A stretch of DNA of 64,000 bases from Bacillota bacterium. Its GTDB lineage: Bacteria > Bacillota > Dethiobacteria > DTU022. This document shows positions 11,340 to 20,927 of this stretch, piece by piece (position 1 is the stretch's first letter; the number at the start of each line of letters is the position of its first letter). The DNA is taken from the NCBI GenBank assembly GCA_019428945.1, contig JAHYJM010000004.1, positions 2,294 through 66,293 of the forward strand. The letters are read 5' to 3'. The notes beneath the pieces were generated by a model. It did not search any database. It was given only the letters and a program-made list of their open reading frames with translations, and was not told the origin of the DNA. The position numbers and the translations under genes were made by a program.

Positions 11340-12444
11340 ATGCGCTCCCCTGCTTAACTGTTATAATTTTATAATCACTGTTATTTTTTTCGATAAGACC
11401 ATTTAAATCAGTTGCTGTCGAAATAAAACACTGCCCTGCTATTTCTCTGATGAATTTAAGCAGGTACCCTTTTCTGCTGTTGTCAAACTCAGAAAATACA
11501 TCATCAAGCAAAATGATCGGGCTGTCATTATTTCTCATTCTGAATAGGCTCACTTCTGCCATTTTCAGGGCAAGTGCTGCAGTTCTCTTCTGCCCCTGGG
11601 ATGAATAACGTCTGGAATCAGAACCATTGATCATCACTTTTAAATCATCCAGATGTGGCCCTATTATCGTGGTCCCTCTTTTTAACTCAGCATCTCTTTT
11701 TTCTGATAGAGTCCTTAAAAAATTATTCCTAGTAGTTTCAGGATTCTCGCAGAAATCTATTGTACTGCTGTAACTCAACGTAAGCTCTTCAAACGAGCCT
11801 GTCATTGTTTCAAAAAAAATAGACGCTTCTTTTTCGATTGCTTCGATCAGAACAAGGCGGGAACTGATTATACTGCTTCCTAAATCAGCCAGTGCCTGAT
11901 CCCATGGTTCAAGGTAATCCCTGATTTTAGGATGATAGCGCTTCTCTTTTAGGAGGAAATTTCGCTGCATTAAAATCCGCTGATAGTTTTTTAGATCTTC
12001 GAAATACAAAGGGTTTAATCTTGACCCTTCAAGATTTAAAAAACGCCTGCGGACTGCCGGGCCATCTCTGATGATCTGTAAATCGTCAGGACTGAAAACC
12101 ACTACAGGGAAACTTTGCAAGTGATCAAATCGATCTGCCTGGTTGCTGTTTACAGAAATCTTCAGTTGATCATTTTGTCTGTAACTTGCCTGGACCACGT
12201 GTTTTAAATCGTCTTTTATAAAAGAACCCTTAAGATAAAAATAGCGATCTTCAAAATTTGCCAGTTCCTGGTCGCGATTAGTGCGAAAAGATCTTGTTAC
12301 TGATAGATAATATATTGACTCAAGCAGATTGGTTTTACCCTGGGCATTTTCACCGATAACAAGATTCAGGCGGGGGTGAAATTGCAACTGCTCGTTATGA
12401 TAATTGCGAAATCCCTTTAACTGAAGGCTTTCCAGGTAATACAA
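11311..12444 (-). CDS. recF: DNA replication and repair protein RecF
   Basis: GFRNY, GENAQGKTNLLE (Walker A), GPHLDD, SQGQKRT, LLDDVFSEFD. Confidence 0.97.
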   Translation of the reverse strand: MYYLESLQLKGFRNYHNEQLQFHPRLNLVIGENAQGKTNLLESIYYLSVTRSFRTNRDQELANFEDRYFYLKGSFIKDDLKHVVQASYRQNDQLKISVNSNQADRFDHLQSFPVVVFSPDDLQIIRDGPAVRRRFLNLEGSRLNPLYFEDLKNYQRILMQRNFLLKEKRYHPKIRDYLEPWDQALADLGSSIISSRLVLIEAIEKEASIFFETMTGSFEELTLSYSSTIDFCENPETTRNNFLRTLSEKRDAELKRGTTIIGPHLDDLKVMINGSDSRRYSSQGQKRTAALALKMAEVSLFRMRNNDSPIILLDDVFSEFDNSRKGYLLKFIREIAGQCFISTATDLNGLIEKNNSDYKIITVKQGSAFDETDQFST

Positions 12445-12465
12445 TAATGTAAACCCCCAAAATTA

Positions 12466-13578
12466 CTAATTAACCTTTTTTATAGGCAGTACTAAATACA
12501 AGTATGAGGAATTATCTAAAAGCCTGAAAATAAGCGGACCTCCTTCACCATGAAAATCAATAATTATTTTTTCTTCATCCCTTATCTTTAAGATATCAAG
12601 AATGAAACGGGAGTTGACAAAAAGCTCAAGGCCTTCTCCCTCTTGTTCCACCGGTAAATATTCTTCCATACTGCCTTCCTGACTATTTACACGAACTTCA
12701 AAACGGTTATCTTTCACGGCTATATTAACCGCCTGGTTTTTACCTTCTGCCAGCAATGCAGCCCTGGCAATTGTTTCTTCCAACAATTTACGTTCGATGA
12801 TAACCCTCGTTTTAAATTCAAATGGAATAACACCACTTACATCAGGATATTTTTCCTCAAGCAACCTTGAAGCAAAAAAAGTATTGTCAAAATTAACAGT
12901 TAACAGGCTGTTTTGATATCCGACTGTGACCCCGGTATGTCCTTCACCTGCAATACGTAAAAATTCACGAAGAGCTTTTGCGGGAACCAAACATTTCGTC
13001 TCTTCAAATGACCATGATTGATCATAGATTTCATTAATCACAAGACGATATGTATCGGAGGCAGTAAGCGACAGGGTCTGCCCTTTGAAAGTAAATAAAA
13101 TTCCATTAAAAGCAGGTCTGGTTTCTTCAGTGGAAGCTGCAAAAACCACTTCTTTCAATATTTTTTTGAATCTAATTAAATCCAAATTAAAGCTTTCTGT
13201 AAGTTCTTCTTCCGGGGAAACAGACGTTGTAGGAAAATCTTCAGCCGAGGCTCCGTAGAGATGAAAACGTGCGGAACCTCCGGAAATATCAAGCCTGTAA
13301 TTATCCCAGTTTATGTCAATCAATACTGAAGGAGTGGGAAAATATCTGACAATGTCAACAATTTTTGGAGGCAGCAAAATTCTTCCGGAGTCGCTCCCCT
13401 GATGATCCATACTGACATTAATAAATATTTCATGATTTGTTGCTGAAAAGGTTAATCTATTGCTGTCGATATTTAAAAGAATGTTATTTATGACTGGAAC
13501 TGTTGTTCTGACAGGAAGAGCTTTTTCCACTGTTTCAAGACATGCTGACAGTTGACCGGTAACAGTTGATAATTGCAT
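12466..13578 (-). CDS. dnaN: DNA polymerase III beta clamp
   Basis: 370 aa; SDTYRLV, SRLLEEKYPD, YLVLPI C-terminus; position downstream of dnaA. Confidence 0.95.
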   Translation of the reverse strand: MQLSTVTGQLSACLETVEKALPVRTTVPVINNILLNIDSNRLTFSATNHEIFINVSMDHQGSDSGRILLPPKIVDIVRYFPTPSVLIDINWDNYRLDISGGSARFHLYGASAEDFPTTSVSPEEELTESFNLDLIRFKKILKEVVFAASTEETRPAFNGILFTFKGQTLSLTASDTYRLVINEIYDQSWSFEETKCLVPAKALREFLRIAGEGHTGVTVGYQNSLLTVNFDNTFFASRLLEEKYPDVSGVIPFEFKTRVIIERKLLEETIARAALLAEGKNQAVNIAVKDNRFEVRVNSQEGSMEEYLPVEQEGEGLELFVNSRFILDILKIRDEEKIIIDFHGEGGPLIFRLLDNSSYLYLVLPIKKVN

Positions 13579-13599
13579 TATTAACTCCCCTTTACAATG

Positions 13600-13830
13600 T
13601 TTTTAACAGGTATTTAATAATTACTTTATTGATCTATATAAATAGTAGTGGTAGTAAGTCCTGTGTATACTGTGCAAAAATAATTATTTTAGTAAAAAGC
13701 ACCATACAAGAAGAAATTAATTATAATTTTATCAATTTAAAGTGTTAATAAACTCTTAAAAACTTGTTTAATAAAAGTGTGATTTTTATAATTTAAAAAA
13801 AGAGATAATATATGCACAGGTTATTAACAT
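13600..13830. other. oriC: oriC unwinding region (DnaA boxes, DnaA-trios, AT-rich DUE)
   Basis: Tandem near-consensus boxes TGTGTATAC 13662-13670 and TGTGCAAAA 13671-13679, next to TAG TAG TGG TAG TAA trios 13643-13657 and an AT-rich tract; further boxes TGTTAATAA 13743-13751, ATATGCACA 13810-13818, TTATTAACA 13821-13829. Confidence 0.85.
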
Positions 13831-13835
13831 GATAA

Positions 13836-15242
13836 TTAGGAGTTATTAAGGATATTATTTTTAATGAGTTCTATCCTGTTTTTAAAATCTTGGTTCCTGG
13901 TTATTAAGCTGTCAATTTTCTTAAAAGCATGAAGCACAGTAGTATGATCTCGACCGCCAAATTCTTCACCAATTTTTGGTAAGGATAGGTCGGTAAGCAT
14001 ACGGCACAGATACATAGCAGTCTGCCTTGTTAGGGCAATTTCCTGTGTTCTTTTTTTTGAAATTACATCTTCTTGATTTAGACTAAAATTCTCTGCTGTT
14101 TTTTGAATAATTACTGAAACTGTTATATTTTTCTGGCGGGTAACAATAATATCCTGTAAAGCTGCTTCAGTAAGTTCCTGAGTGACAGGAGTTTCGGAGA
14201 GAGATGCATATGCAACAATTCGAATCAATGCTCCTTCGAGTTCACGGATATTAGTAATTACTTTTTCAGCAATATACTGGATAACCTGATCGGGTATATC
14301 TATTCCGTCTGAAAGTGCTTTCTTTTTTAGAATTGCAGTCCGGGTTTCAAGATCGGGAGGCTGAAGGTCAGTAATTAATCCCCATTCGAAACGCGAACGA
14401 AGACGATCTTCTAGTGTGGGAATTTCTTTAGGAGGGCGATCACTGGAAATAATTATCTGCCTGTTATTGTCGTGAAGAGCATTAAATGTGTGGAAAAATT
14501 CCTCCTGGGTCTGTTCCTTTCCAGCTAAAAATTGAATATCATCAATTAAAAGTATATCCATATTTCGATATTTATTTCTGAATTCAAGAGTTTTATTATC
14601 GCGAATAGCGTTAATAAATTCATTGGTAAATTTTTCGGAAGAGAAATAAAAAACTCTTGAAAAACCATGGTTTATAAGGGAATATTGACCAATTGCATGA
14701 AGTAAATGCGTTTTGCCAAGACCAACTCCGCCATATATAAAGAGAGGATTGTAGGCTCTGGCAGGACTTTCAGCTACAGCCAAAGATGCGGCGTGTGACA
14801 GACGATTACATGCTCCGACAACAAAGGTATCAAAAGTATAGCGGGGGTTAAAGCTGGATATAAGTTTATTTTTTTTAATGTTGTCATCAATTCGTTTCTG
14901 ATTATTCTTGTTTTCATTCTCTGAAAGAAAAAAATTATTATTTAGGGCATCTTCATCAAGCTGTTGTATCAAATCACCTGAATCCTGAAATTCAGATGCA
15001 ATGATAAAGTTTACGCGGTGATCAGATGCTGTAATTTCTTTGAGGGCTTTCATAATTTTATCTCTGTACCTGGTTTCAAACCACTCTTTGGTAAAATCAT
15101 TCGGCACTTCAATTACCAGACAATCATTTTCAAGGGATACAGGTTTAGTTAAATTAAACCAGGTTTCAAAGCTTGGTTTTTTTAAGTCTTTACTCAATTC
15201 TGATAATGTAAGTTGCCAAATTTCGTTCAAATGGCTGTTCAT
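13836..15242 (-). CDS. dnaA: Chromosomal replication initiator DnaA
   Basis: SFETWF, FNPRYTFDTFVVG, YGGVGLGKTHLL, DDIQFL, GGRDHTTVLHA; SD GGAGG before ATG 15242. Confidence 0.99.
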   Translation of the reverse strand: MNSHLNEIWQLTLSELSKDLKKPSFETWFNLTKPVSLENDCLVIEVPNDFTKEWFETRYRDKIMKALKEITASDHRVNFIIASEFQDSGDLIQQLDEDALNNNFFLSENENKNNQKRIDDNIKKNKLISSFNPRYTFDTFVVGACNRLSHAASLAVAESPARAYNPLFIYGGVGLGKTHLLHAIGQYSLINHGFSRVFYFSSEKFTNEFINAIRDNKTLEFRNKYRNMDILLIDDIQFLAGKEQTQEEFFHTFNALHDNNRQIIISSDRPPKEIPTLEDRLRSRFEWGLITDLQPPDLETRTAILKKKALSDGIDIPDQVIQYIAEKVITNIRELEGALIRIVAYASLSETPVTQELTEAALQDIIVTRQKNITVSVIIQKTAENFSLNQEDVISKKRTQEIALTRQTAMYLCRMLTDLSLPKIGEEFGGRDHTTVLHAFKKIDSLITRNQDFKNRIELIKNNILNNS

Positions 15243-15287
15243 AAATAATACCTCCATAAAGAATCATGAGAGTAAAGACAGGAATAG

Positions 15288-15398
15288 TTATTAACATTAA
15301 AAAGAGTTATTAACAAAAAGTGTGGATAACTCTTTGTTTGAGGAGCTAAAAGCGACTGTCTGTAAAAATATATTAACAGATTCAGTGGGTAACTGCAA
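15288..15398 (-). promoter_or_regulatory. dnaA sigmaA promoter and DnaA-box cluster (upstream half of oriC)
   Basis: Minus strand TTGCAG (15398-15393)-17-TAATAT (15375-15370) with extended TG; boxes TTATTAACA 15288-15296 and 15307-15315, perfect TGTGGATAA 15321-15329, ATATTAACA 15370-15378 over the -10. Confidence 0.7.
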
Positions 15399-15449
15399 AG
15401 ATAAGTTTGAGTAAGCAACAAAGAATTTCATTATGAATGAACTGTTTTC

Positions 15450-15479
15450 TTGACATGATTCCTTTTATTACTGTATAAT
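15450..15479 (+). promoter_or_regulatory. sigmaA promoter of the rpmH operon
   Basis: TTGACA-18-TATAAT. Confidence 0.85.
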
Positions 15480-15515
15480 TTTTTTAAACTATGTACTTTA
15501 AGTGAAGGGGTAAAA

Positions 15516-15650
15516 ATGAAAAGAACATATCAACCTAAAAAAAGAAAAAGAAAAAGAGTCCATGGATTCTTAAAAAGAATGAGTACACAGGCAGGCAGAC
15601 AGGTTATTAGAAGAAGAAGGCTGAAGCTGAGAAAACGTATCAGCGCTTAA
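15516..15650 (+). CDS. rpmH: 50S ribosomal protein L34 (not in the ORF track)
   Basis: Manual translation [44 protein letters not shown]. Confidence 0.97.
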   Translation: MKRTYQPKKRKRKRVHGFLKRMSTQAGRQVIRRRRLKLRKRISA

Positions 15651-15657
15651 CATTAAT

Positions 15658-15996
15658 ATGATGTTGAGCAGGCTTAAAAAAGGCTGGGAATTTAAAAAGG
15701 TTTACCGAAAGGGCAGGACGGTTGTTTCTAGAAATATCGTCCTTTATTACTGCCCTAACGGATTAAATATAAACCGTATTGGGTTCTCAATAAAAAAAAG
15801 TGTAGGGAAAAGTGTTATTCGCAATCGAATCCGGCGTATCTACAGAGAAGCATTCTTTCATTTGGAAGGACAGTTGCTGCAGGGTTTTGATTTTATAATT
15901 ATTGTTAGGAAACCATCAGTGGGTGTTTCTTTTCATGAAGCCGGCAAGGAGCTGTTCAATCTTTGCAAGAAGGCTCAACTGCTTTCAAAGGGATAG
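15658..15996 (+). CDS. rnpA: Ribonuclease P protein component
   Basis: [31 protein letters not shown]. Confidence 0.95.
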   Translation: MMLSRLKKGWEFKKVYRKGRTVVSRNIVLYYCPNGLNINRIGFSIKKSVGKSVIRNRIRRIYREAFFHLEGQLLQGFDFIIIVRKPSVGVSFHEAGKELFNLCKKAQLLSKG

Positions 15997-16226
15997 GAAA
16001 AACAACAGAATATTATGCCACCAGGATCTGTTTAATAATAATCAGATTCTACAGGATATTTATTTCTCCCCTCAAACCCCGGGTATGTCGTTTTTATCCA
16101 TCCTGCTCAGAGTATACTTATGAGGCTGTTCAGAAATATGGCATATGTAAAGGAATATATATGGGCATGAAGAGGATTTTAAAATGCCACCCCTTTAATC
16201 CGGGTGGCTTTAATCCTGTAGAATAA
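15963..16226 (+). CDS. yidD: Membrane protein insertion efficiency factor YidD (start uncertain)
   Basis: [10 protein letters not shown]...[16 protein letters not shown]; start either TTG 15963 or ATA 15993. Confidence 0.92.
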   Translation: MQEGSTAFKGIGKTTEYYATRICLIIIRFYRIFISPLKPRVCRFYPSCSEYTYEAVQKYGICKGIYMGMKRILKCHPFNPGGFNPVE

Positions 16227-16248
16227 CCTGTTGGTAGGAGGAATATAA

Positions 16249-17073
16249 ATGATAGATGCAATAGCCCAATTTTTTGGGGTCCTTATCAGCTTCATTTACG
16301 ACTATGTTCCAAACTTGGGATTAGCGATCATAATTATGACAGTCCTGGTTAAAATTGTTACATTCCCGTTAAATAACAAGCAGATCCAGTCAGCAAAAAG
16401 AATGCAGCAGTTGCAGCCGGAAATGAAGAAAATTCAGCAAAAATATAAGGATGACAAGGAGAAGCAGAACCAGGCTGTATCAGAATTCATGAAAGAAAAT
16501 AACATGAATCCTTTGGCAGGATGCCTTCCGCTGCTGGTACAGTTTCCGATATTGATCGGGATCTTCAGGCTGCTAAGAGAAGCAAATGAATTCCTGGATA
16601 TGAGCGTGATTAATCCATACCTGTTTCCCTCAGCGCAATTTATCGATTTACTGGCTGTGCCAAATATAGGTTTTGATAATTTCCTGAGTCAAATAAGTAT
16701 ATATTACATATTCCCCTTAATTGCAGGCGCAACCACATATATTTATTCAAAGATGTCAATGTCGACCGACAGCAGTCAAAAAATGATGTTATACATGATG
16801 CCAATTATGATTACTGTATTCAGTTTTAGTTTTCCGGTTGGCTTGGTCATATATTGGATCATGAATAATGTATTTTCCATTGGTCAGCATAAATTTATTG
16901 TTAAAATGGATCAAGTTAAGGAAGACGGTAAGGCAGATGAAGTTTCAAAATCGAATGGCAGGGAAAATAGTAAACCCGAGAGCAAAAAGGCTTTAGAAAA
17001 GACTGAAAGCAATAAAAAACCTGAACCCAAGGGAGCTAAATCAAAAGCAAAAAAGGGGAAGGGTAAAAAATGA
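16249..17073 (+). CDS. yidC: Membrane protein insertase YidC/SpoIIIJ
   Basis: MQQLQPEMKKIQQKY, NPLAGCLPLLVQFPIL, GLVIYW; Lys-rich C-terminal tail. Confidence 0.95.
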   Translation: MIDAIAQFFGVLISFIYDYVPNLGLAIIIMTVLVKIVTFPLNNKQIQSAKRMQQLQPEMKKIQQKYKDDKEKQNQAVSEFMKENNMNPLAGCLPLLVQFPILIGIFRLLREANEFLDMSVINPYLFPSAQFIDLLAVPNIGFDNFLSQISIYYIFPLIAGATTYIYSKMSMSTDSSQKMMLYMMPIMITVFSFSFPVGLVIYWIMNNVFSIGQHKFIVKMDQVKEDGKADEVSKSNGRENSKPESKKALEKTESNKKPEPKGAKSKAKKGKGKK

Positions 17074-17690
17074 GTGATTATGAAGCAACCGGACGGACAA
17101 CCGATGAAGCCGTTGAAAAGGCTCTGAGTTCACTTGGAATAAGAAAAGAAAATGCTAAAATAGAAATTATGGATGAGCCTTCACAGGGCTTATTAGGCAT
17201 TCTTGGCAATAAAAACGCAAGAGTTCTTGTGACACCAATACTTGAACCGGAAGAATACCTTGATAAATATTTGAAAGAAATGCTGCTTAACATGGGGATT
17301 GAAGGCAGCGTCAATGTAGTAAGTGATGACGAAAAGCTTGAGGCCATGATATTGGGCGATGATGTTGGTGTATTAATTGGAAGAAGAGGTAAAACTCTAA
17401 GCGATATGCAGTATTTAATAAATGTTGTGATGAGAAGACAGTTCAGCAACTTGAATAAAATGACTGTGATAGATATTGAAAACTACAGGGCTAGACGGGA
17501 AAAAACTTTAACACAACTGGCCAGAAATGTGGCAAGAAAGGTTAGTCATGAAGGTTATGAGCAGGCGCTTGAACCTATGACACCACAGGAGAGAAGAATA
17601 ATACATATTGCACTTCAGGATTACCCGGGGGTAACAACTTACAGCGCCGGGCAGGAACCCTACCGGAAAGTTATAATCGCACCAAATTAG
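17070..17690 (+). CDS. jag: RNA-binding protein Jag/KhpB/EloR
   Basis: Jag_N domain, KH GVLIGRRGKTL, R3H ERRIIH. Confidence 0.93.
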   Translation: MSDYEATGRTTDEAVEKALSSLGIRKENAKIEIMDEPSQGLLGILGNKNARVLVTPILEPEEYLDKYLKEMLLNMGIEGSVNVVSDDEKLEAMILGDDVGVLIGRRGKTLSDMQYLINVVMRRQFSNLNKMTVIDIENYRARREKTLTQLARNVARKVSHEGYEQALEPMTPQERRIIHIALQDYPGVTTYSAGQEPYRKVIIAPN

Positions 17691-17704
17691 AAATTCTGTA
17701 CGGC

Positions 17705-17730
17705 GCCGCCCCGGTATGGGGCGGTTTTTT
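17705..17730 (+). terminator. Terminator after jag
   Basis: CCGCCCC-ggtat-GGGGCGG-TTTTTT. Confidence 0.8.
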
Positions 17731-17756
17731 ATTGTTCATTTACTAACAGGAAGGAG

Positions 17757-19151
17757 TTGAGACATGTGTATGATAACAGTACTATCGCTGCAATAAGTAC
17801 CCCTCTTGGCGAAGGGGGTATTGGTATTGTAAAGATTAGTGGTAACGAATCATTTAACATAACAAAGAAAATATTCCATTGCAGGGAAAGTAAAAAAAGC
17901 GGCTACCCGGCACCAAGATATTTATATCATGGCTATATCAAGGATGAAGAAAATAGAATTGTAGATGAAGTACTGACATCATTTATGCCGGCTCCAAAAA
18001 CCTATACTCGTGAAGATATAGTTGAAATTAATTGTCACAGCGGTATATTCGCCTTAAGAACAATTCTAAAAATAGTGATTAATTCTGGGGCACGATTAGC
18101 CGAACCCGGCGAATTTACCAGAAGAGCATTCTTAAACGGCAGAATTGATTTAAGTCAGGCTGAAGCAGTTATTAACATTATTCGTGCAAGATCTGAGGAA
18201 GCGGTAAGAACTGCTGCAAGAGTATTAAGTGGAGGGCTTACAGAAAAAATAGAAAATATAAGAAGTGAGTTGATTAATCTTAGAGCCCCGATTGAAGCTA
18301 TGCTCGATTATCCCGAAGAGTATGATTATGACAAACCTGACTTGCTGAAGTTAAATGAAAAATTATTGGTTATTCATAAAAATATAAATGATTTGTTAAA
18401 AGGGGTTGAAGTTAGCAGGGTTTATCAGAATGGAGTAAATATTGCTATAGTTGGACAGCCAAATGTAGGAAAGTCATCGCTTCTGAATGCACTGCTTAGA
18501 CAACAAAAAGCAATTGTTCATGAAACTCCGGGAACCACAAGAGACCTGCTGGAGGGTTATATGAATCTGGGAGGATATCCGCTTCGTCTGGTTGATACCG
18601 CAGGTATTCAAGGCACGGAAGATCCTGTCGAAAAAGAGGGGATAGCTCGGTCAAGAAATGCTGCCAGGGAGGCGCGGCTTCTTTTAATGGTGTTGGATGG
18701 TTCAATTGGATGGTCTGCGTTCGATACTGGAATTGCAGACTTAAAAGAAGAATATCAAGGCCTGGTGGTTGTTATTAATAAAGCTGATCTTGAGCAAAAG
18801 ATCACACCTGTAGAAGTTAATAATAAGATCCCCGATGCTTCTGTCGTTAAAACTGTTGCAACCCGGGGTGAAGGAATTGATGCTCTGGAGTTGGCAGTGG
18901 CGGAACAGCTTGATCGGGTATTGGGGTCGGCGCCGGAAAGCCCTGTTATTGTAACCCTGAGACAAGAAGAAATATTAACGGATGCATTACTGATTATAGA
19001 TGATACCCTGGAGGCTCTTTATAAACAACCGCTGGAAATAATTAGCAGCGAGATGCAAAGACTATGGATGAAGTTGGGAGAAATAACAGGAGCTACCATG
19101 AATGGTGATTTGTTAGACAAAGTATTCAGTGAGTTTTGTCTCGGCAAGTAA
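17757..19151 (+). CDS. mnmE: tRNA modification GTPase MnmE/TrmE (start may be GTG 17766)
   Basis: TIAAISTPLGEGGIG, GEFTRRAFLNGRIDLSQAEA, GQPNVGKSS, PGTTRD, DTAG, FCLGK. Confidence 0.97.
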   Translation: MRHVYDNSTIAAISTPLGEGGIGIVKISGNESFNITKKIFHCRESKKSGYPAPRYLYHGYIKDEENRIVDEVLTSFMPAPKTYTREDIVEINCHSGIFALRTILKIVINSGARLAEPGEFTRRAFLNGRIDLSQAEAVINIIRARSEEAVRTAARVLSGGLTEKIENIRSELINLRAPIEAMLDYPEEYDYDKPDLLKLNEKLLVIHKNINDLLKGVEVSRVYQNGVNIAIVGQPNVGKSSLLNALLRQQKAIVHETPGTTRDLLEGYMNLGGYPLRLVDTAGIQGTEDPVEKEGIARSRNAAREARLLLMVLDGSIGWSAFDTGIADLKEEYQGLVVVINKADLEQKITPVEVNNKIPDASVVKTVATRGEGIDALELAVAEQLDRVLGSAPESPVIVTLRQEEILTDALLIIDDTLEALYKQPLEIISSEMQRLWMKLGEITGATMNGDLLDKVFSEFCLGK

Positions 19152-19912
19152 TTAACAACGTGGCTGTTGAAGGGATGATTAGACTGTCTGGAAAATCTGC
19201 ACAGGGATTAGTAGATAAAATCATAGACTCTTTACAATTGGAATGCAGTTTGCAGATGAGAGAACAGCTTTCAGGGTATGCACAGTTGCTGCTGGAAGGG
19301 CTAAAAAAACAAAGATTGAGTGGTGAGCGAACGCTTGAAGGGATCGTTTTGAAACAAATATATGATTCTCTCTTTCCATTAACCATAATAGGCTCAACTA
19401 AGAATAGCAGGATACTTGATCTCGGAACTGGTGGTGGCCTTCCCGGAATACCATTAAAAATATTATTACCGGAATCAGATTTCTACCTGATGGATTCAAA
19501 CAAAAGAAAGATGGACTTTTTAATCGAGGTAACAACTGCTTTGGGTCTAAAAAAAATCAGCTGCCTGCACGGAAGGGCTGAAAACTGGGGCCATGACATT
19601 AACCACAGAGAAAAGTATGATTATGTATTTTCTAAGGCTGTAGCGGAAATAGCAGTATTAGCAGAGTTAGCGCTTCCCTTCATAAAGATCGGAGGAACAG
19701 CATTATTTTACAAAGGCCCACGATGGAAAGTTGAAGCTGAGAAAGCTGTAAAGGCGATTGAATTTTGTGGCGGCACGCCTGACGAACCCTGGCATTACAA
19801 AATTTTAACAGGAGAAGAGAGAGTTATTTTCAGAATCAGAAAAATAGAAATAACTCCGGATCAATACCCGAGATCAGTTGGAAAACCTGCAAAACGACCT
19901 ATTGGCAGTTGA
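19136..19912 (+). CDS. rsmG: 16S rRNA m7G527 methyltransferase RsmG/GidB (true start probably about 19175-19184)
   Basis: LDLGTGGGLPGIPL, HGRAE, YPRSVGKP. Confidence 0.93.
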   Translation: MSRQVINNVAVEGMIRLSGKSAQGLVDKIIDSLQLECSLQMREQLSGYAQLLLEGLKKQRLSGERTLEGIVLKQIYDSLFPLTIIGSTKNSRILDLGTGGGLPGIPLKILLPESDFYLMDSNKRKMDFLIEVTTALGLKKISCLHGRAENWGHDINHREKYDYVFSKAVAEIAVLAELALPFIKIGGTALFYKGPRWKVEAEKAVKAIEFCGGTPDEPWHYKILTGEERVIFRIRKIEITPDQYPRSVGKPAKRPIGS

Positions 19913-19968
19913 GTCGGCTTTGGTGTTAATATCTTTATTTATAATCGGATGAAGGAAAGTTATTAAGA

Positions 19969-20895
19969 TTGTCTAATAGTAGCATCAGAGTATATAAAGA
20001 AAAGGCGCAGGTAAAAATGACAGATAAAATGACAGATAAAATGACAGAAAATGTTCAACTAAACAAAAAAGAGCCAACCACAGACAGGGTATTTGCCATT
20101 GAAATTTGTGAAATTGAGCCAAACCCTTTCCAGCCAAGACAGGAGATTGCAGAAGAAAAAATTGAGGAGCTTGCAAATTCTATAAAGGCAAGCGGTTTAA
20201 TTCAGCCTATAGTTGTCAGACGTATCGGAAACAGGTACCAGCTGGTTGTTGGAGAACGAAGATATTTAGCTTGCAAAAAGCTTGGCTGGCAAAAAATATC
20301 AGCGGCGGTAAAAACTCTGACCGATAACGATATGGCTACAATTGCCCTGATCGAAAATCTGCAAAGAGAAAACCTTAATTATCTGGAAGAAGCATTAGGG
20401 TATGTTAGCCTAATGAAGAATTTTAATATTACCCAGGAAATGCTTGCTCAGCGCTTAGGGAAAAGCCAGTCTACCATTGCCAACAAGATTAGGTTATTAA
20501 AATTGGGTGAGCCGATCCGTAGAATGCTTCTGGATTATGGTTTGACAGAGAGACATGCAAGAGCGCTTTTAAGGATGAACTCTGAAGCAGAGCAGCTGAA
20601 AATGATTGATGAAATTACGGAAAAAGGCCTTACAGTAAACCAGGCAGAAAAACGAATTGCCCGTGTCACAGGAAGGAAGGTTGAAGGAGAGAATAAAAAA
20701 AAGAAAAAACCAATTATAAGAGACATGAGAATTGTCCTGAATACTATACGAGAAGCAGTTAAAATAATGCAGAAATCGGGATTGAATCCAGATGTTGATG
20801 AAACTATTGATGATGAATATATTGAAGTAACGATTAGATTTACAAAAGACATGGTTAAGACAAGCACTGTTCGTGATAATAAGATCAGTAGTTAA
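19969..20895 (+). CDS. noc: Nucleoid occlusion protein Noc (ParB paralogue)
   Basis: PNPFQPR, GLIQPIVVR, GERRY, ENLQRENL, HTH; C-terminal IRDMRIVLNTIREAV; position between rsmG and soj. Confidence 0.85.
   Translation: MSNSSIRVYKEKAQVKMTDKMTDKMTENVQLNKKEPTTDRVFAIEICEIEPNPFQPRQEIAEEKIEELANSIKASGLIQPIVVRRIGNRYQLVVGERRYLACKKLGWQKISAAVKTLTDNDMATIALIENLQRENLNYLEEALGYVSLMKNFNITQEMLAQRLGKSQSTIANKIRLLKLGEPIRRMLLDYGLTERHARALLRMNSEAEQLKMIDEITEKGLTVNQAEKRIARVTGRKVEGENKKKKKPIIRDMRIVLNTIREAVKIMQKSGLNPDVDETIDDEYIEVTIRFTKDMVKTSTVRDNKISS
20017..20052 (+). repeat. 12-nt tandem repeat at the 5' end of noc
   Basis: ATGACAGATAAA ATGACAGATAAA ATGACAGAAAAT (MTDK MTDK MTEN). Confidence 0.9.
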
Positions 20896-20927
20896 GAGTT
20901 GCAGTAGATGATTAGGAGAGAAAAGTC

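Noticed and set aside
16930-17073. Lys-rich low-complexity tail of YidC
   Set aside because: Basic C-terminal tails are a known feature of many YidC proteins.
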